Of a DNA stretch of 64,000 nt, positions 30,413 to 42,473 are shown in pieces (positions within the stretch are counted from its first letter, which is position 1; each line of letters starts with the position of its first letter). The notes under the pieces are model-generated. The model made no database searches and was not told the DNA's origin. It was given only the letters and a program-made list of their open reading frames with translations. This stretch comes from an uncultured delta proteobacterium. Its GTDB lineage: Bacteria; Desulfobacterota; WTBG01; CAIYCZ01. The translations under genes and the position numbers were made by a program. Location: the NCBI GenBank assembly GCA_963803975.1, contig CAWDOY010000045.1:1-64000 (forward strand). The letters run 5' to 3'.

Positions 30413-30572
30413 CAGCAGGCTGTTGAAAAACACCCATCTGCTTCGTTGCGCTCATCCTTCGTCATTGCGACGTACGGTAAAAGTACGCCTCATTCCTCTT
30501 GATTTCGCGCGCCTTGCATCCGGATGTTTTTGACCAGCCGGGGAGAAAACTACCTTTTCAACAACCTGTTAG
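30413..30572. mobile_element. MITE/REP-like non-coding element with terminal inverted repeats
   Basis: agcaggctgttgaaaa ... ttttcaacaacctgtt TIRs; internal cgtac-N7-gtacg hairpin; partial second copy at 15937. Confidence 0.65.
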
Positions 30573-30786
30573 CAGAGCTTTTTTCTCCGATGAAAAAGGT
30601 GTACCAGTACATAGCAGAATATTACTTTTATTGCAATCAACCAGCCATGTATAGTATTATGCAGGGTATTAAGTGGTTTATAAGAAATTCTGCGGCTGTT
30701 TTTTCAGGGTACCGTATCAATGTACTGCGGGTACCGAATGCCTTTCAATAAAACAGGTTTACCACATACTCAGGAAAGGGGTCTGC

Positions 30787-31377
30787 ATGTCTCGATTAGC
30801 TATACCTATTACAATGGCAGGGGTACTGATAATGCTTTTTTTTGTTCTGGGATGTTCCGGGGAATCGGGCCAGAAGAATGGCCCGTATACCGCATTCTAT
30901 CAGAACGGGAAGCTGAAGACAGCGGGAACATTTAAAGCCGGGAAGAAGGAAGGGGTGTGGAAGGAATATGCTGAAGACGGCACCCTGACCAACGAGTATA
31001 ATTACCAAAACGGGCTGCGGGAAGGCATCAGTAAACGCTACTATACATCCGGGGCCCTGTTTGCTGAATTCAGATATGTCAATGACAAGCGGGAAGGGAT
31101 AAGCAAAAGATACTTTACAAATGCAGCTCTGAAGGCTGAAGACAATTACCGGAATGATGTGCGGGAGGGGATAAGCAAAATCTATAACGAAAACGGGAAA
31201 CTTTTGAAGGAAGAGAGCTATAAAAACGGAAAAAAAGACGGGTCGTGCATAACCTATAATGATGACGGGAAAAAAAGGTATATTGATATATTTAAAGACG
31301 GCCGGAAAATCAGCAGGGAGAAGTTCGACCGGCAGGGGAATCCGGAGTCCAAACAGAGCTTGCAAGAGGCGGAATAA
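30787..31377 (+). CDS. MORN-variant repeat lipoprotein (YwqK-like repeats)
   Basis: VLGC lipobox; 24-aa Y.NG.REGISKRYY..G.L repeats. Confidence 0.85.
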   Translation: MSRLAIPITMAGVLIMLFFVLGCSGESGQKNGPYTAFYQNGKLKTAGTFKAGKKEGVWKEYAEDGTLTNEYNYQNGLREGISKRYYTSGALFAEFRYVNDKREGISKRYFTNAALKAEDNYRNDVREGISKIYNENGKLLKEESYKNGKKDGSCITYNDDGKKRYIDIFKDGRKISREKFDRQGNPESKQSLQEAE

Positions 31378-31387
31378 CGCAAACCCG

Positions 31388-34300
31388 CTATTGGTCTTGA
31401 GCTCCCCTCTCCGGTAACATAGGCTCGATGATTTTAACCGGCAATTTTACCATGTTGGTGACAACCCCCAGCAGTCCCTTGCCAATCGCGAGCGGAGACG
31501 CCGGTCTCAGCTTCGGCTCATCAATAGTTCCGGTTACCTGCAGCGGTACGCCGATAAGTGTTTTGCTGAAAACAATGCCCACGACCGGAATACCCATGAG
31601 CAGCAGGTCGGAAAGTTGAAACGGCGTAGCCAGCACCGTTAAATCAATTTTTTTAGTTGCCATGTCAATTGATCCCTGCCAGGCTATGCTTAAGGTGCTG
31701 CTGTCCAGAATCCCTTCGTCTATCTTGAATGTGGTGCCTTTGATCTCTCCTTTTATATTTATACTGCGATAAGCAAACCCCTTTTTGGCAATATCTGTTA
31801 TTCCCCCGGTGACAAGGTTCCTGATGCTTAAAAATGACAGAATCCTGGTCAGCAGGTTCGAGCGGTAGATGCGCCCCTTCCGCGCGATTACTGAAATTTT
31901 TCCCGCAAGGTTTTCAGCCAGATTAAAGGCTGATCCCTGCCCAATGAGATCACTTTGCAGGTCGAGGGTGCCGGTGATGATTGACTTTTCGCCCATCAGG
32001 CATGTAACCACGGTTTTTATTGCGGCTTGCTGCGCGGCGGGTTTAACCTCAAGGGTCATGGTATCAGGGGTCACCACGATCGTGCCCGGCGTTGCGATAT
32101 CGCACAGCTTTGCCTCTGTTGCCGCAATCGTAATTGCCTTATCAGCAAACATAACATTCGCATTGAACGGTTCCCATGTCAGGGCACCCTTGCTGAGCGA
32201 CCGGGCGGCAACCCTGACGCTGCCGCGAAGCGGGGTTTCCCACAGCTCTTCCGGGCTGGTGGGAGCAGCGCCCTTCGTCAAAGCTTTTTCAGCAGCATCA
32301 AGGTTTATGCTGTCTGACGCAACATCCATGTCAAGGACATAGCCCTGTTGCGTAAAGGTAACACTGCCCCGAGCATTAAGGTCACATTTCCCCACGCTGG
32401 CGTCTACCGCATCAACCTGCAGTTTGTTACCCGTTGCTGCAACAGAAGCACTTTTGATCTGTACGGGCAGATTTTCAATCCCCGGGTATTGCACGTCCTT
32501 CCATGCGAGGGTTCCGGTGGCAGTCGATTTTAACGGGTTCTTCTGGTCCATCTGCGCGGTGATATCTCCTTTGATCCAGCCGCGCACAAACTGGTTGTTC
32601 ACCAGCAGGCGGTCAAGGGTTTCCCGGTCAATGGCTCCGCTATAGGCAACATCCACCCCGTCTTCTTTGATGCCCAGCCGCAGCAAGCTCTCTGCATTCT
32701 CCCCGGAAATTTTCAGCTTTTTAATCTCCAGCACCTGCGGAGCAGACCGCAGCTCAAGTGAGACCTTTGGCCCGGTCCCGCGGGAAAAGTCTCCGCTGAA
32801 CTCTGTTGCGCCGGTGCGGGCCCAGGTAATGCGTGATTTTGCAACTGACGAGCGGGGCGCGGGGCATCAGTTCTGCCGGAAAGCTGATATACTGCGCTAT
32901 AGTTTCAAGAGACTTCTGTCCCAGCGATCCCCGGACAGCACAGCGCTAGCTTTTGTATGCCCTGCAGATAGCCGTCAAGAGTTAGTGACCCTTCAAGAGA
33001 GCTGTCCATAAGAGCAGTCCGTGCTAGCAGTGAGAGAAAATACGCGCTGGTCAGCACCTTCACGGCTGCCGCCTTTTATTTTTACCGGGCCATTCAGCAC
33101 GGCAGCAGCCAGGGTGACCTCCGGCATATCCGCCGTGCAGGGAGAACTTCCATGCTTCCGGGCTGAGCAGCGGCCCCTTTAACGTCAAAGCTGGTGAGCG
33201 CTATTGAACCGTTTGCGGAGTGTGATCTCCTGTATGATCTTCTGGTGGCAGGGAAGGAATTGAGCACCGGCAGCAGGTCATCAAGAACTATTGTTGCGCC
33301 TTTGGAGGTGATAGCAAAGCGCTGGTCATGTCGCAGGCTGAAGCTTGCCGAGACATCAGATATCTCCGAGCTGCCAAGCCTGCCGGTAAAGCTCCCTGAA
33401 TGCCAGGTCGCCATCGCGGTAGCATGCATGTTCCCCGGCGAAGCTCAAGCGGCGCGGGGAATGTGCGGTAGTCCGCCTGCAGGTTGAGCCTGCTGATGTC
33501 AACCTCTGTAATGTATGCGCTGTTTTCTTCGCTTAATCTGAACTTCCCCTCAGCTGTGCCACGGGGAGATTTGATGAGCGAAAGCTCCTTTTTTATAGTC
33601 AGGCACGGGAATGAGCCGCACCAGGGCGGGAAGCTGAGAAAGGTCGGCGGTAAACATAGTCTCAATCAGCACCGGCTTATACTGGCGGCCAAGATCAATC
33701 TTCAGGGTGGCGCTGTAGGCCCGGGAGTTTTCAAGGCGCGCCTGAAGATTTTTTGCTTCCAGCATTCCGTCCTGCATGGCTCAGCTCGCCGTTCACCTCC
33801 TGCAGGGAGAGCCCTGCTTCCGGGAGCAGGATGCTGCCGTCGGTAAAGCCTGCTTTCAGGACACGTATTGCTTATTCTCTATAAGGTTTGAACCCAGCGG
33901 CCCCTGTGCCTTAAAGAAAATGATCGGTGATGGTGCCGCCTTTCAGCCGGGCATTTATTTCTTTTACCAGGGGCTGGCTGCCGGCAGCAGCACGCAGCAC
34001 ATCTTGGCATGAGGCAAGGTCTATATTTTTTCCGTCAACCTCAAGGGTGATTTCACGGGATTTGTTGTCGATGGCGGCTTTACCCGCGGCCTGCAGCTGC
34101 GGATGGTCAAACTGTGCGGAAAAGGAAACGCGGGTACTGCGCGCATCAGCTTCCAGGGAAAGCTTGTTGAGCGTGCCGTTAATGACCTGCTGCGCTTCTG
34201 TTCCCTTAAGCGTCAGCTGCTGGATTGCGCTCGAGAGACTGGCGCGAAAGGCACCAGTCTTATCTGCGGTAAAGGTCAAGTGCTCCGTTTATCGCAGAGC

Positions 34301-35034
34301 TGCCGATTGGGATGACGCCGGGGAAAAAGCAGTCAATGATGGGTTTGGCTGTCAAGATGAGAAAAAGAAAGGGTGCCTTCAATGCCCGGGTCGCTGATTC
34401 CTGCGGTAGCCTTAAGCGTCAGGGTTTCCCAGAGATTCGAGGCGCACACGGCGCTGACCGCTGCCCGGCCTGCGGATACATCCAGGGCAGCGCTGATATT
34501 ACTGAAACTAAAAAGGGTGCGCTCAGGGGAGCTGAAGCGCAGCGTGCCCCCGTCAATCATCAATGAACACGGAGGAACTTTCTCCGCCAGGGACGCGATC
34601 GCGACAACAGCCTGCTGCTGCATTGAGGCAACAGAAAAATCTGTCGCCAATGACGCTGCAGGCATTTTTCTCTCCGGCAGGGGAATGCTCACCTCCGGTG
34701 CTTCAAGGCTGATACGGGCCGGCTGTATGTCTCCGCTCAGAAGGGGCAGCAGCGCAGGATAGACCGATGCTTTTTTTATACTGGCCGAAGCCCCGCCAGT
34801 GAAGGCCAGGGACACCCCGTGCGCCACAACACAGGGCCGCGGAAGCAGGGACAGGGCGACACGCTCTACCCGCGCGTCAGCATTGAGGGAGCGGGAGAGC
34901 TCCTGGATAATTTTCCCCTTGATGTATTTCTGATCAATGAGCAAAGGAGCAAGCAGGGTAAATGTTATGAGCAGCAGCACAAGGGCCGCTGCACATGATA
35001 GGGGAATAATTAATCTCTTTTTACCCATGATCAT
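31388..35034 (-). CDS. AsmA-like/YhdP-type large periplasmic protein, several frameshifts (garbled about 32850-33130)
   Basis: N-terminal TM anchor and SLLPRP; beta-rich body; C-terminal G.ID...IDL...P...PLQVTGTIDEP AsmA-like end. Confidence 0.75.
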
Positions 35035-35136
35035 ACTTTTGCGGTGTTACCTAAGGTGAGAAAGCGGAGAGAGAAATATAATATTTAAATTTAAAAAGGG
35101 CATACAGCCAGACAGGCCGCAAACCCTTTTATTTTC

Positions 35137-35224
35137 TGGTGCCGGCGGAGAGACTCGAACTCTCAAGGGCGCAGGGCCCGGGGGATTTTGAGTCCCCTGC
35201 GTTTGCCAGTTCCACCACGCCGGC
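35137..35224 (-). tRNA. tRNA-Leu(CAA)
   Basis: GCCGGCGTGGTGGAACTGGCAAACGCAGGGGACTCAAAATCCCC...GAGTTCGAGTCTCTCCGCCGGCACCA. Confidence 0.96.
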
Positions 35225-35239
35225 GTATTAAAAAGCTGA

Positions 35240-35303
35240 ACAGCTTTCAGCAATCAGCTGTCAGCAAAAGTACTATCTGGCTGAACGCTGATAACTGAAG
35301 GCT
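35240..35303. repeat. Inverted CAGC/GCTG heptamer array
   Basis: cagctttcagcaatcagctgtcagc ... gctgaacgctgataactgaaggct. Confidence 0.75.
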
Positions 35304-35332
35304 CAAATGCTTCTCAATGAAAAATAGGCAAT

Positions 35333-37339
35333 TCAGGCTACATTGTCAAGATATTTGAGCTCTGTCTGCTCAAGGCGCATGATGCGGTCTCGCAGTTCTG
35401 CAGCCCGCTCAAATTCAAGGAGTTTTGCTGCCTCAACCATCTCTTTCCTGAGCTTCTTGAGCAGCTTAGGCACCTGTTTTTTGGTAATATACGGCACTTC
35501 CGGCTCTGCAGCAACGGGAATGGTAACATAGTCTTTCTCATACACCGAGCTCATGATGTCCGTGACCGCCTTGCGAATTGATTCCGGGGTGATGCCATGC
35601 TCCTGATTAAATCGCTCCTGCAGCTTCCTCCGGCGATTGGTCTCGTTTAGCGTTGCCTCCATGCTTCTGGTTACCACGTCTCCGTAGAGAATTACCCTGC
35701 CCCGCACATTGCGCGCTGCCCTGCCGCACACCTGAATCAGGGAGCGCTCAGACCGTAAAAAGCCCTCTTTATCTGCATCAAACACCGCTACCAGGGAAAC
35801 CTCCGGCAAATCCAGCCCCTCGCGCAAGAGATTTATGCCGATCAGCACATCAAATTTCCCAAGGCGCAGGTCGCGAATTATGCTGACCCGCTCCAGCGTA
35901 TTAATTTCAGAATGGAGATACTGCACCTTAATGCCAAGGTCTGCATAATACGCGGTCAGGTCCTCTGCCATCCTCTTGGTAAGCGTTGTTACCAGCGTCC
36001 GCTCCTGTGCCGCAACCTGCTTGCGCAGCTCTCCATACAGGTCATCCACCTGCCCCGTTACCGGGCGCACTTCAATGGCCGGGTCAATGAGACCGGTAGG
36101 CCGAATAATCTGCTCCACCGCTTCCCCCTGACATCTATTCATCTCATACTCAGCAGGAGTAGCTGAGACATAAATTATCTGGTTTACCTTCTTCTGAAAC
36201 TCCTCGAAGGTGAGCGGCCGGTTATCAAGCGCCGAGGGGAGGCGAAACCCGTATTCCACCAGCGTCCTCTTCCGTGACCGGTCACCGTGATACATGCCAT
36301 TGAGCTGCGGGATGGTAATATGGCTCTCATCGATAAACAGGAGGAAATCTTCGGGGAAGTAGTTGAGCAACACATAGGGCGGCTCTCCCGGCTGCCTGCC
36401 GTCGAGATGGCGCGAGTAGTTCTCAATGCCATTGCAGTACCCCATCTCCTCCATCATCTCCAGGTCAAACCGCGTCCGCTCCCTGATGCGCTGGGCCTCT
36501 AATAGCTTGTTCTGGGATTTAAGGAACTTGATGCGCTCATCAAGCTCTTCTTTTATATTCTGTATGGCGCGCTTCAGGTTGTCACGGGTTGTGACGTAAT
36601 GGCTGTTGGGATAGATGTGCACATGGGTGAGGGGGCGTACCACCATGCCGCGAATTGGGTCAACCTCGCTGATTGTTTCCACCATGTCGCCGAAGAATTC
36701 CAGGCGGATGGCCTTGTCTTCTGCATAGGCAGGAAAAATTTCCACGATATCTCCCCGCACCCTGAAGGTTCCGCGGTGAAAATCAAAGTCGTTCCGCTCA
36801 TACTGAATTTCCACCAGCCGCGCAAGAATCTCATCCCGGGCAATATGCGCCCGGTCTTTCACCAGCACCAGCATCTCCTGATATTCCTGCGGAGAGCCAA
36901 GGCCGTAGATGCAGGAAACACTGGCCACGACAATCACATCCCGCCGTGACAGCAGGGATGAGGTGGACGCGTGACGCATGCGGTCGATTTCCTCATTGAT
37001 GGAGGAATCCTTTTCAATGTAGGTGTCTGACTGGGGTATATACGCTTCCGGCTGGTAATAATCATAGTAGCTGACAAAATATTCCACGGCATTTTCAGGA
37101 AACAGCTCCTTGAACTCGCCATAGAGCTGCGCTGCCAGCGTCTTGTTCGGAGCAATAACCAGGGTCGGCTTCTGCACCTCCTGGATGACATTGGCCATGG
37201 TGAAGGTCTTGCCTGAGCCGGTCACCCCCTTAAGCACCTGCTGCTTTTTCCCTCCCTGCACGCCATCGCTCAGTTTCTTTATTGCCTGGGGCTGATCGCC
37301 CTGGGGAACGTATTGGGATATGAGATTAAATGCTGTCAT
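35333..37339 (-). CDS. uvrB: Excinuclease ABC subunit B
   Basis: [46 protein letters not shown]-terminal UVR domain. Confidence 0.98.
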   Translation of the reverse strand: MTAFNLISQYVPQGDQPQAIKKLSDGVQGGKKQQVLKGVTGSGKTFTMANVIQEVQKPTLVIAPNKTLAAQLYGEFKELFPENAVEYFVSYYDYYQPEAYIPQSDTYIEKDSSINEEIDRMRHASTSSLLSRRDVIVVASVSCIYGLGSPQEYQEMLVLVKDRAHIARDEILARLVEIQYERNDFDFHRGTFRVRGDIVEIFPAYAEDKAIRLEFFGDMVETISEVDPIRGMVVRPLTHVHIYPNSHYVTTRDNLKRAIQNIKEELDERIKFLKSQNKLLEAQRIRERTRFDLEMMEEMGYCNGIENYSRHLDGRQPGEPPYVLLNYFPEDFLLFIDESHITIPQLNGMYHGDRSRKRTLVEYGFRLPSALDNRPLTFEEFQKKVNQIIYVSATPAEYEMNRCQGEAVEQIIRPTGLIDPAIEVRPVTGQVDDLYGELRKQVAAQERTLVTTLTKRMAEDLTAYYADLGIKVQYLHSEINTLERVSIIRDLRLGKFDVLIGINLLREGLDLPEVSLVAVFDADKEGFLRSERSLIQVCGRAARNVRGRVILYGDVVTRSMEATLNETNRRRKLQERFNQEHGITPESIRKAVTDIMSSVYEKDYVTIPVAAEPEVPYITKKQVPKLLKKLRKEMVEAAKLLEFERAAELRDRIMRLEQTELKYLDNVA

Positions 37340-37871
37340 AACGGTTAGGTAGGTTATATGGTCACGGTGTTTGTTTTTATTTAATTAAATAGCATTTTTA
37401 ATCAGTAAGGTGGAAGCACATTATTAATCATGCACGATGGGATTGCTTTCATGGAAAATTTTCTACACAATTGGCTTGGTGAAAACAATTGTTTCTGTCG
37501 TCGAGGGTATAATTCTGGACATTATAAGAACTAAATGATATAATTTAAAATATATCCTGATGGTTATGTAAATATTTTACGATAACATGGTCTTATATTG
37601 GTGGTTATAAAACCGGGCATATAGAGAAGCACGATAACGGGCAAGAGCAGTTTTATATAGTGCAAATAGGTACTGCCTTCAAATTATACTCCCCTGATTG
37701 TATCTTCGGTATTATTGTACTGCTGTATGGTCTGTTCTGCAATTCCGTGTTATAAAATAATGATGGTAAAATAAATAAGCTCCATATTTCAAGTTTCTTT
37801 CTTAAAGTTTATTTACCGCGCTTTCGATAAGGGATGCTAAATATTCTCTATAAATTAAACTATTTTTATCT

Positions 37872-38502
37872 ATGAAAAATAAATTATTATACCGCATGCC
37901 ACTTGTTTTCTATTTTATACTATTTTTATTCCAAGCTGTCTCTTGCTCAAAAACAGGGTATCAGATTATCGACCGGGATGACACCATGTTAGCCGCGCTT
38001 CATCAAAATAAACCCTATGTACTGGGGTGCGGTGATACGCTGAAGGTGACGGTATGGAGACACGAAGAGACGTCTGCCGATGCGGTGATAATGCCGGATG
38101 GGAAAATTTCCCTTCCTCTGGTTGGTGAGGTCGCTGCAGCAGGGTTGACGGTTGATGAATTAAAGGATGAGTTAAACAGGAAATATAGTGAATATATAAC
38201 GGAGCCGCATATTACGATAACCGTTAAGGAAACTAACAGTCTCAAAATATATGTATTGGGAGAAGTTACGCGTCCAGGTGAATTAAAATTGAATTCTTAT
38301 ACTGATGTGCTTCAGGCGATTTCCATGGCCGGGGGCTTTACCATATATGCAAATAAATCCACTATAGATATTATCAGAAAAGAAGGGGACAAAAAGATTA
38401 AAATTAATTTTAATTATAATGAGGTGGTTAAGAGGTAAAAATTTAAATCAGAATATCCCCTTAAGGCCTGGTGATGTAATTGTGGTTTCTGAATCATGGT
38501 GA
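37872..38502 (+). CDS. Polysaccharide export protein (Wza/Poly_export + SLBB); indel near 38435
   Basis: AVSC lipobox; YVLGCGD.L.V.VW, PDGKISLPLVGEV.AAGLT, VLGEV..PG, AGG and LRPGDVIVV. Confidence 0.88.
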
Positions 38503-38597
38503 GCGCAGTATTCTTGAGAAGTATATCTCTGGGTTGCTTTTAGTTGAGAACCGATTAACACTAAAAATGATATGCTTATTACTCAAACAGAATATTC

Positions 38598-39919
38598 ATG
38601 AAGCAGGCCAGTTTAAGCAAGGGAAAACTAATTGTCTGTTGCATTCTCCATACAATACTATTTTCCCTGCTTCAAATTATTTATTGTGACTGCATATGGG
38701 CTTTATATGTAGAGCTAAAGCCGACTCTTGTGCTGGCGGCTCTATTATGAAGATAATGTTACGGTAATATCAAAACAGCAAGAAAAACAAGGACTTCATA
38801 AGGAACCAGACTTCAGCAATAGATATGAGCCGGCACTGGAATTCAAAATTGAAGGTCCGCGTGTTGCGATAAGAGGAAAAACAAAGGTGCGGGTGCGCCG
38901 GTATTTTAGTTTGAAGGGTTGGGACGGTACTGATAAGGATTATAACATTGAAAGCATCTTCAAAATCAGTCCCCGATCAGAACTTAACTTTGGGCGCAGC
39001 TTACAGCCTGAATACTGATACAGAACAGATATTTTACCACCGAACAGGGGGTTCCCAGCGGGGTGTTAGTCCGGAGATCACAAAATATAACGAAGATTTA
39101 TACCGGAAGCTATACGCTACATGCTTTCGCCCAAGGGTACTTTGGGGCTTATGTTTAGTTATTCAACCTTTTCTACCCAGTGTATCCAGCGGAAGCCCTG
39201 TTTACTCTTACATGCTCAACTATGATTATATTTTAAACACAAAAGATTCTCTTAATGTGTCGCTGGGATACAGCAACTTGCAATTTAATTATACCATCGC
39301 TGAGACGTTATTTAATTACGAGCTGGACAATTACACCATAAGCACCGGGTTAACGCATAAATTCAGTGACACATTTCAAGCTGAAATTTTCTGTTGGATT
39401 GAATTATTCCGATACAACATATCAAAATGCAATTTTTGAAGAGGACCCATCAACGGGTGAACAGGTTTTAGTGGGGACTGAATCTGTATCAAACTCAACA
39501 ACGGGAACGAACTTTGATCTTCAATTAGAAAAAAAATATTACCATACGACATTTCGCTTTACGGGAGCTCAGTCCTTATATACCGACCCCGAAACCGGAC
39601 AAACATATCCCACGCGCAGATTTTGGTTTTCATATAAGTTATGATTTCACAGCAAAATTATACGGCGATCTTCAGCTGGTCTTTTTTTCAATAATAAATC
39701 GTCGGCCGGTGATTATAATAACAGAGTAAGCATTGATAGATCAATCGAATTATAGCACATTACAGATAAATTACCGCTATAAACCCAATATCAACTTATC
39801 CCTGGGGTACAGTCGCACTATACTCTGAAAACAAAACCGCCGCTAATAATGAAACAACAAGCAACAGAATTTACCTGCAATGCTCCTTTGCATTACAGAG
39901 ACCCTTTATAGTGAGGTGA
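38598..39919 (+). CDS. Putative outer-membrane beta-barrel of the EPS export locus (multiple frameshifts)
   Basis: Signal-like N-terminus, YEDN motif and Tyr-rich amphipathic strands across ORF fragments; lies between wza and wzc-like genes. Confidence 0.55.
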
Positions 39920-39929
39920 TGTAAACACC

Positions 39930-41598
39930 ATGTTATTTGAGTCTGAATTAGCTAAATATATTAATATCGCAAAAAGAGGAAAGAAGATCATATTGATTAG
40001 CATACTTGCTTCTCTCATTATTGGATCTGCGATAGCTTTCAGCATAACGCCAGTTTACCGAGCGCAGGCAACCCTCTACTATCTTTCAGCACAGATACCA
40101 GAGGCGATGCTCATAAGTTTTGTCAATGTGTGGTTAGAAGCTGCCGTTCAGTTTGTTCAATCTAGCATTTTCACGCGAGATAAATGTTTAGAGATTATCA
40201 AGGAAGTAAACTTATATCCTGCCCTTGTAGATAAGCTCCCTGCAGATGATTTGGTTGCCCAGATGAAAGATCATTTTGGTAGCGAAAATATGTATGTAAA
40301 CACTAGTGGGACCGGCGGAAGCACAGAAGAAGTAATGACCGGGGTTAAATTCTATTTTGAAGACTCATCCCCTAAAAAAGCATTTGAGGTTGCAACCATT
40401 CTTGCCTCTGCGTATATTGATAACTACAGAAAATTCAGAGAATCATTTGCCACAGTTACTTCTTCATTTTTGCTTGATGAGCAGTACCGGCTGAAAGCAG
40501 ATATAGCAAAGATTGATCAAACACTTTCTGAATACAAAAACAAACATGTACATGAACTTCCAGAGCTGCTTACATACAATTTTCAGAAAAATAGAAGAGC
40601 TAGAACAACAATCGCGAAATCTGGACAAGGATTTCCAGGTTCTAATGGAACGCAAGATACTTATTGAAGGGCAGCTCGTTCAAATACAGCCCACTACCCC
40701 TCTGGAAGGGATTTCAGGAGAGAAAATTGTAACGCCTGAAGAAAAACTGGCAACCCTCAAAACAGAGCTTGTAGTGCTGCAAACCCAGGTTTCTGAAAAG
40801 CACCCGGATATCATTCGAGTAAAACGCGAGATCGAGGGTTTAGAAAAAGCAGGGATCACTAAACAACAAAAGGCACCTGTGCAGAATGATAAAGAAAAAC
40901 AAGTATCTTCTCGAATAAAAAGGCTGGGCCCTTTGGCGGAGCTCGGATCCTACAATCCGGCCTACGTGAATTTAGTAACGCAAATAGATGATATCGATGC
41001 TCAAATAAAGTCTATAGATATACAAAAAGAGAAGATTGCGAGTGAGATAGAAAAATATAAACAACGGTTTGAAAAAACGCCATTGATAGAAAAGGAATAT
41101 AATGTCCTTGTCAGAGATCGCGATACTTCACAAAAAAGATATGAACAATTAGTCAGTCAGGCATTACAGGCTGATAGCTCTGCGGCAATGGAAAAGCGAG
41201 ACGTGGGAGGAAAATTTATTTTAACTGAGCCGCCTGCATTTCCCTTCAAGCCAATAAGACCAGATCGATTATTGATTATAGGCACCTCTCTCATTATCGG
41301 TATTGTCGCAGGTTTTTTAATAATCTTTTCTTGGGAATTTTTAAATTTGAAAGTGCGGACGGTTCAGGACTTAACAGAAGTGTCCTCTTCTGCGGTGCTT
41401 TTAGAGCTTCCTGAAATTCCCCGTGATGAACAAAAACAGACCCGCAATGTCAGAAAGCTGGCGATTCCTCTTATCATCATGATTCTGGTCCCGGTAGTGC
41501 TGTTTGCCGTCAATAATTACTTTTCGCTGGAGCTGGATATTAAAGTTATCAAAATAATAGAAATAATAAAAAAGCAAATGATCATATTCGGTCTATAG
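39930..41598 (+). CDS. Polysaccharide chain-length determinant (Wzc/GumC membrane part); frameshift near 40590
   Basis: N-terminal TM + P.YRAQA; coiled coils; HPDI..K; PPAFP.KP..P + TM. Confidence 0.85.
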
Positions 41599-41612
41599 CG
41601 GGTGTTTTGATT

Positions 41613-42401
41613 ATGAGTAAAATTAAAGATGCGTTAGAGAAGGCAAAACGGATGAGAGGGTTGTCAGCGCCGTTTCTTTTAATAGATGACGGAACTGCAG
41701 CTAAAAACGAGGAAGTCTCCCAGCGCACCCATACTAAAATAGTTGACTATGATAAAGATGCGGTGGTGCGGCATAATATCGCGACGCTCACAGCAGATCC
41801 GTACCGCGTGAGTGAACGGTTTAAACTGTTCAAGACCCAGATTCTTACCAAAACCCAGATAGCTGGAGATCGTACCATTCTGATAACGAGCTGCACTGAT
41901 GGCGAAGGAAAAACATTTACCGCCATTAATCTGGCCGTTATGTTTGCCCGGGAAGTAGATCAGACCGTGCTGGTGGTTGATGTGAACCTGAAGAACCCGG
42001 GCATTTTACCGGCATTTGGTATTGACTCCAGGGAAGGATTAACCGACTATCTCCTGCATAATAAACCTCTGGCTGAGATATTAATTTGTCCCGGAGTTGA
42101 AAAGCTGACCATCCTGCCGGCAGGCAATTCCATCCAGCGCTCTGCCGAAATGCTGGGGTCGTTAAAAATGCAGCGTTTAATTGCAGAAATGAAAAGTCGC
42201 TACCACGACCGATACATCTTTTTCGATGGTCCGTCAATAATGACCTCTGTTGATGCGCTGGTTCTGTCAAAATATATCGATAGAACCCTGTTAGTGGTAG
42301 AAGCAGGGAAAGTCTCGCCCTCCCAGCTGAGCAAATCAATTAATCTTATAGGCGAAGATAAGATACTGGGAACAGTTTTAAATAAAGGGAATCCCGCCTA
42401 A
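41613..42401 (+). CDS. BY-kinase (CpsD/CapB-like tyrosine kinase)
   Basis: MSKI..ALEKA, ITS...GEGKT, VVDVNLKNP, FFDGP, GTVLNK. Confidence 0.88.
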   Translation: MSKIKDALEKAKRMRGLSAPFLLIDDGTAAKNEEVSQRTHTKIVDYDKDAVVRHNIATLTADPYRVSERFKLFKTQILTKTQIAGDRTILITSCTDGEGKTFTAINLAVMFAREVDQTVLVVDVNLKNPGILPAFGIDSREGLTDYLLHNKPLAEILICPGVEKLTILPAGNSIQRSAEMLGSLKMQRLIAEMKSRYHDRYIFFDGPSIMTSVDALVLSKYIDRTLLVVEAGKVSPSQLSKSINLIGEDKILGTVLNKGNPA

Positions 42402-42473
42402 CTGCACAGCATCCCTTCATGTGTCAGCTCCCTTTCTCTGCGATATGCGGTCATCAAAGCAAGGGTCTTACGT

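Noticed and set aside
30787..31377. YwqK antitoxin of a TA pair
   Set aside because: Generic MORN-variant repeats with a lipobox and no adjacent toxin.
32850..33130. Insertion element within the AsmA-like gene
   Set aside because: No terminal repeats or ORF; looks like locally poor consensus sequence.
35047..35253. 68-aa ORF on the minus strand
   Set aside because: It is a translation through tRNA-Leu(CAA).
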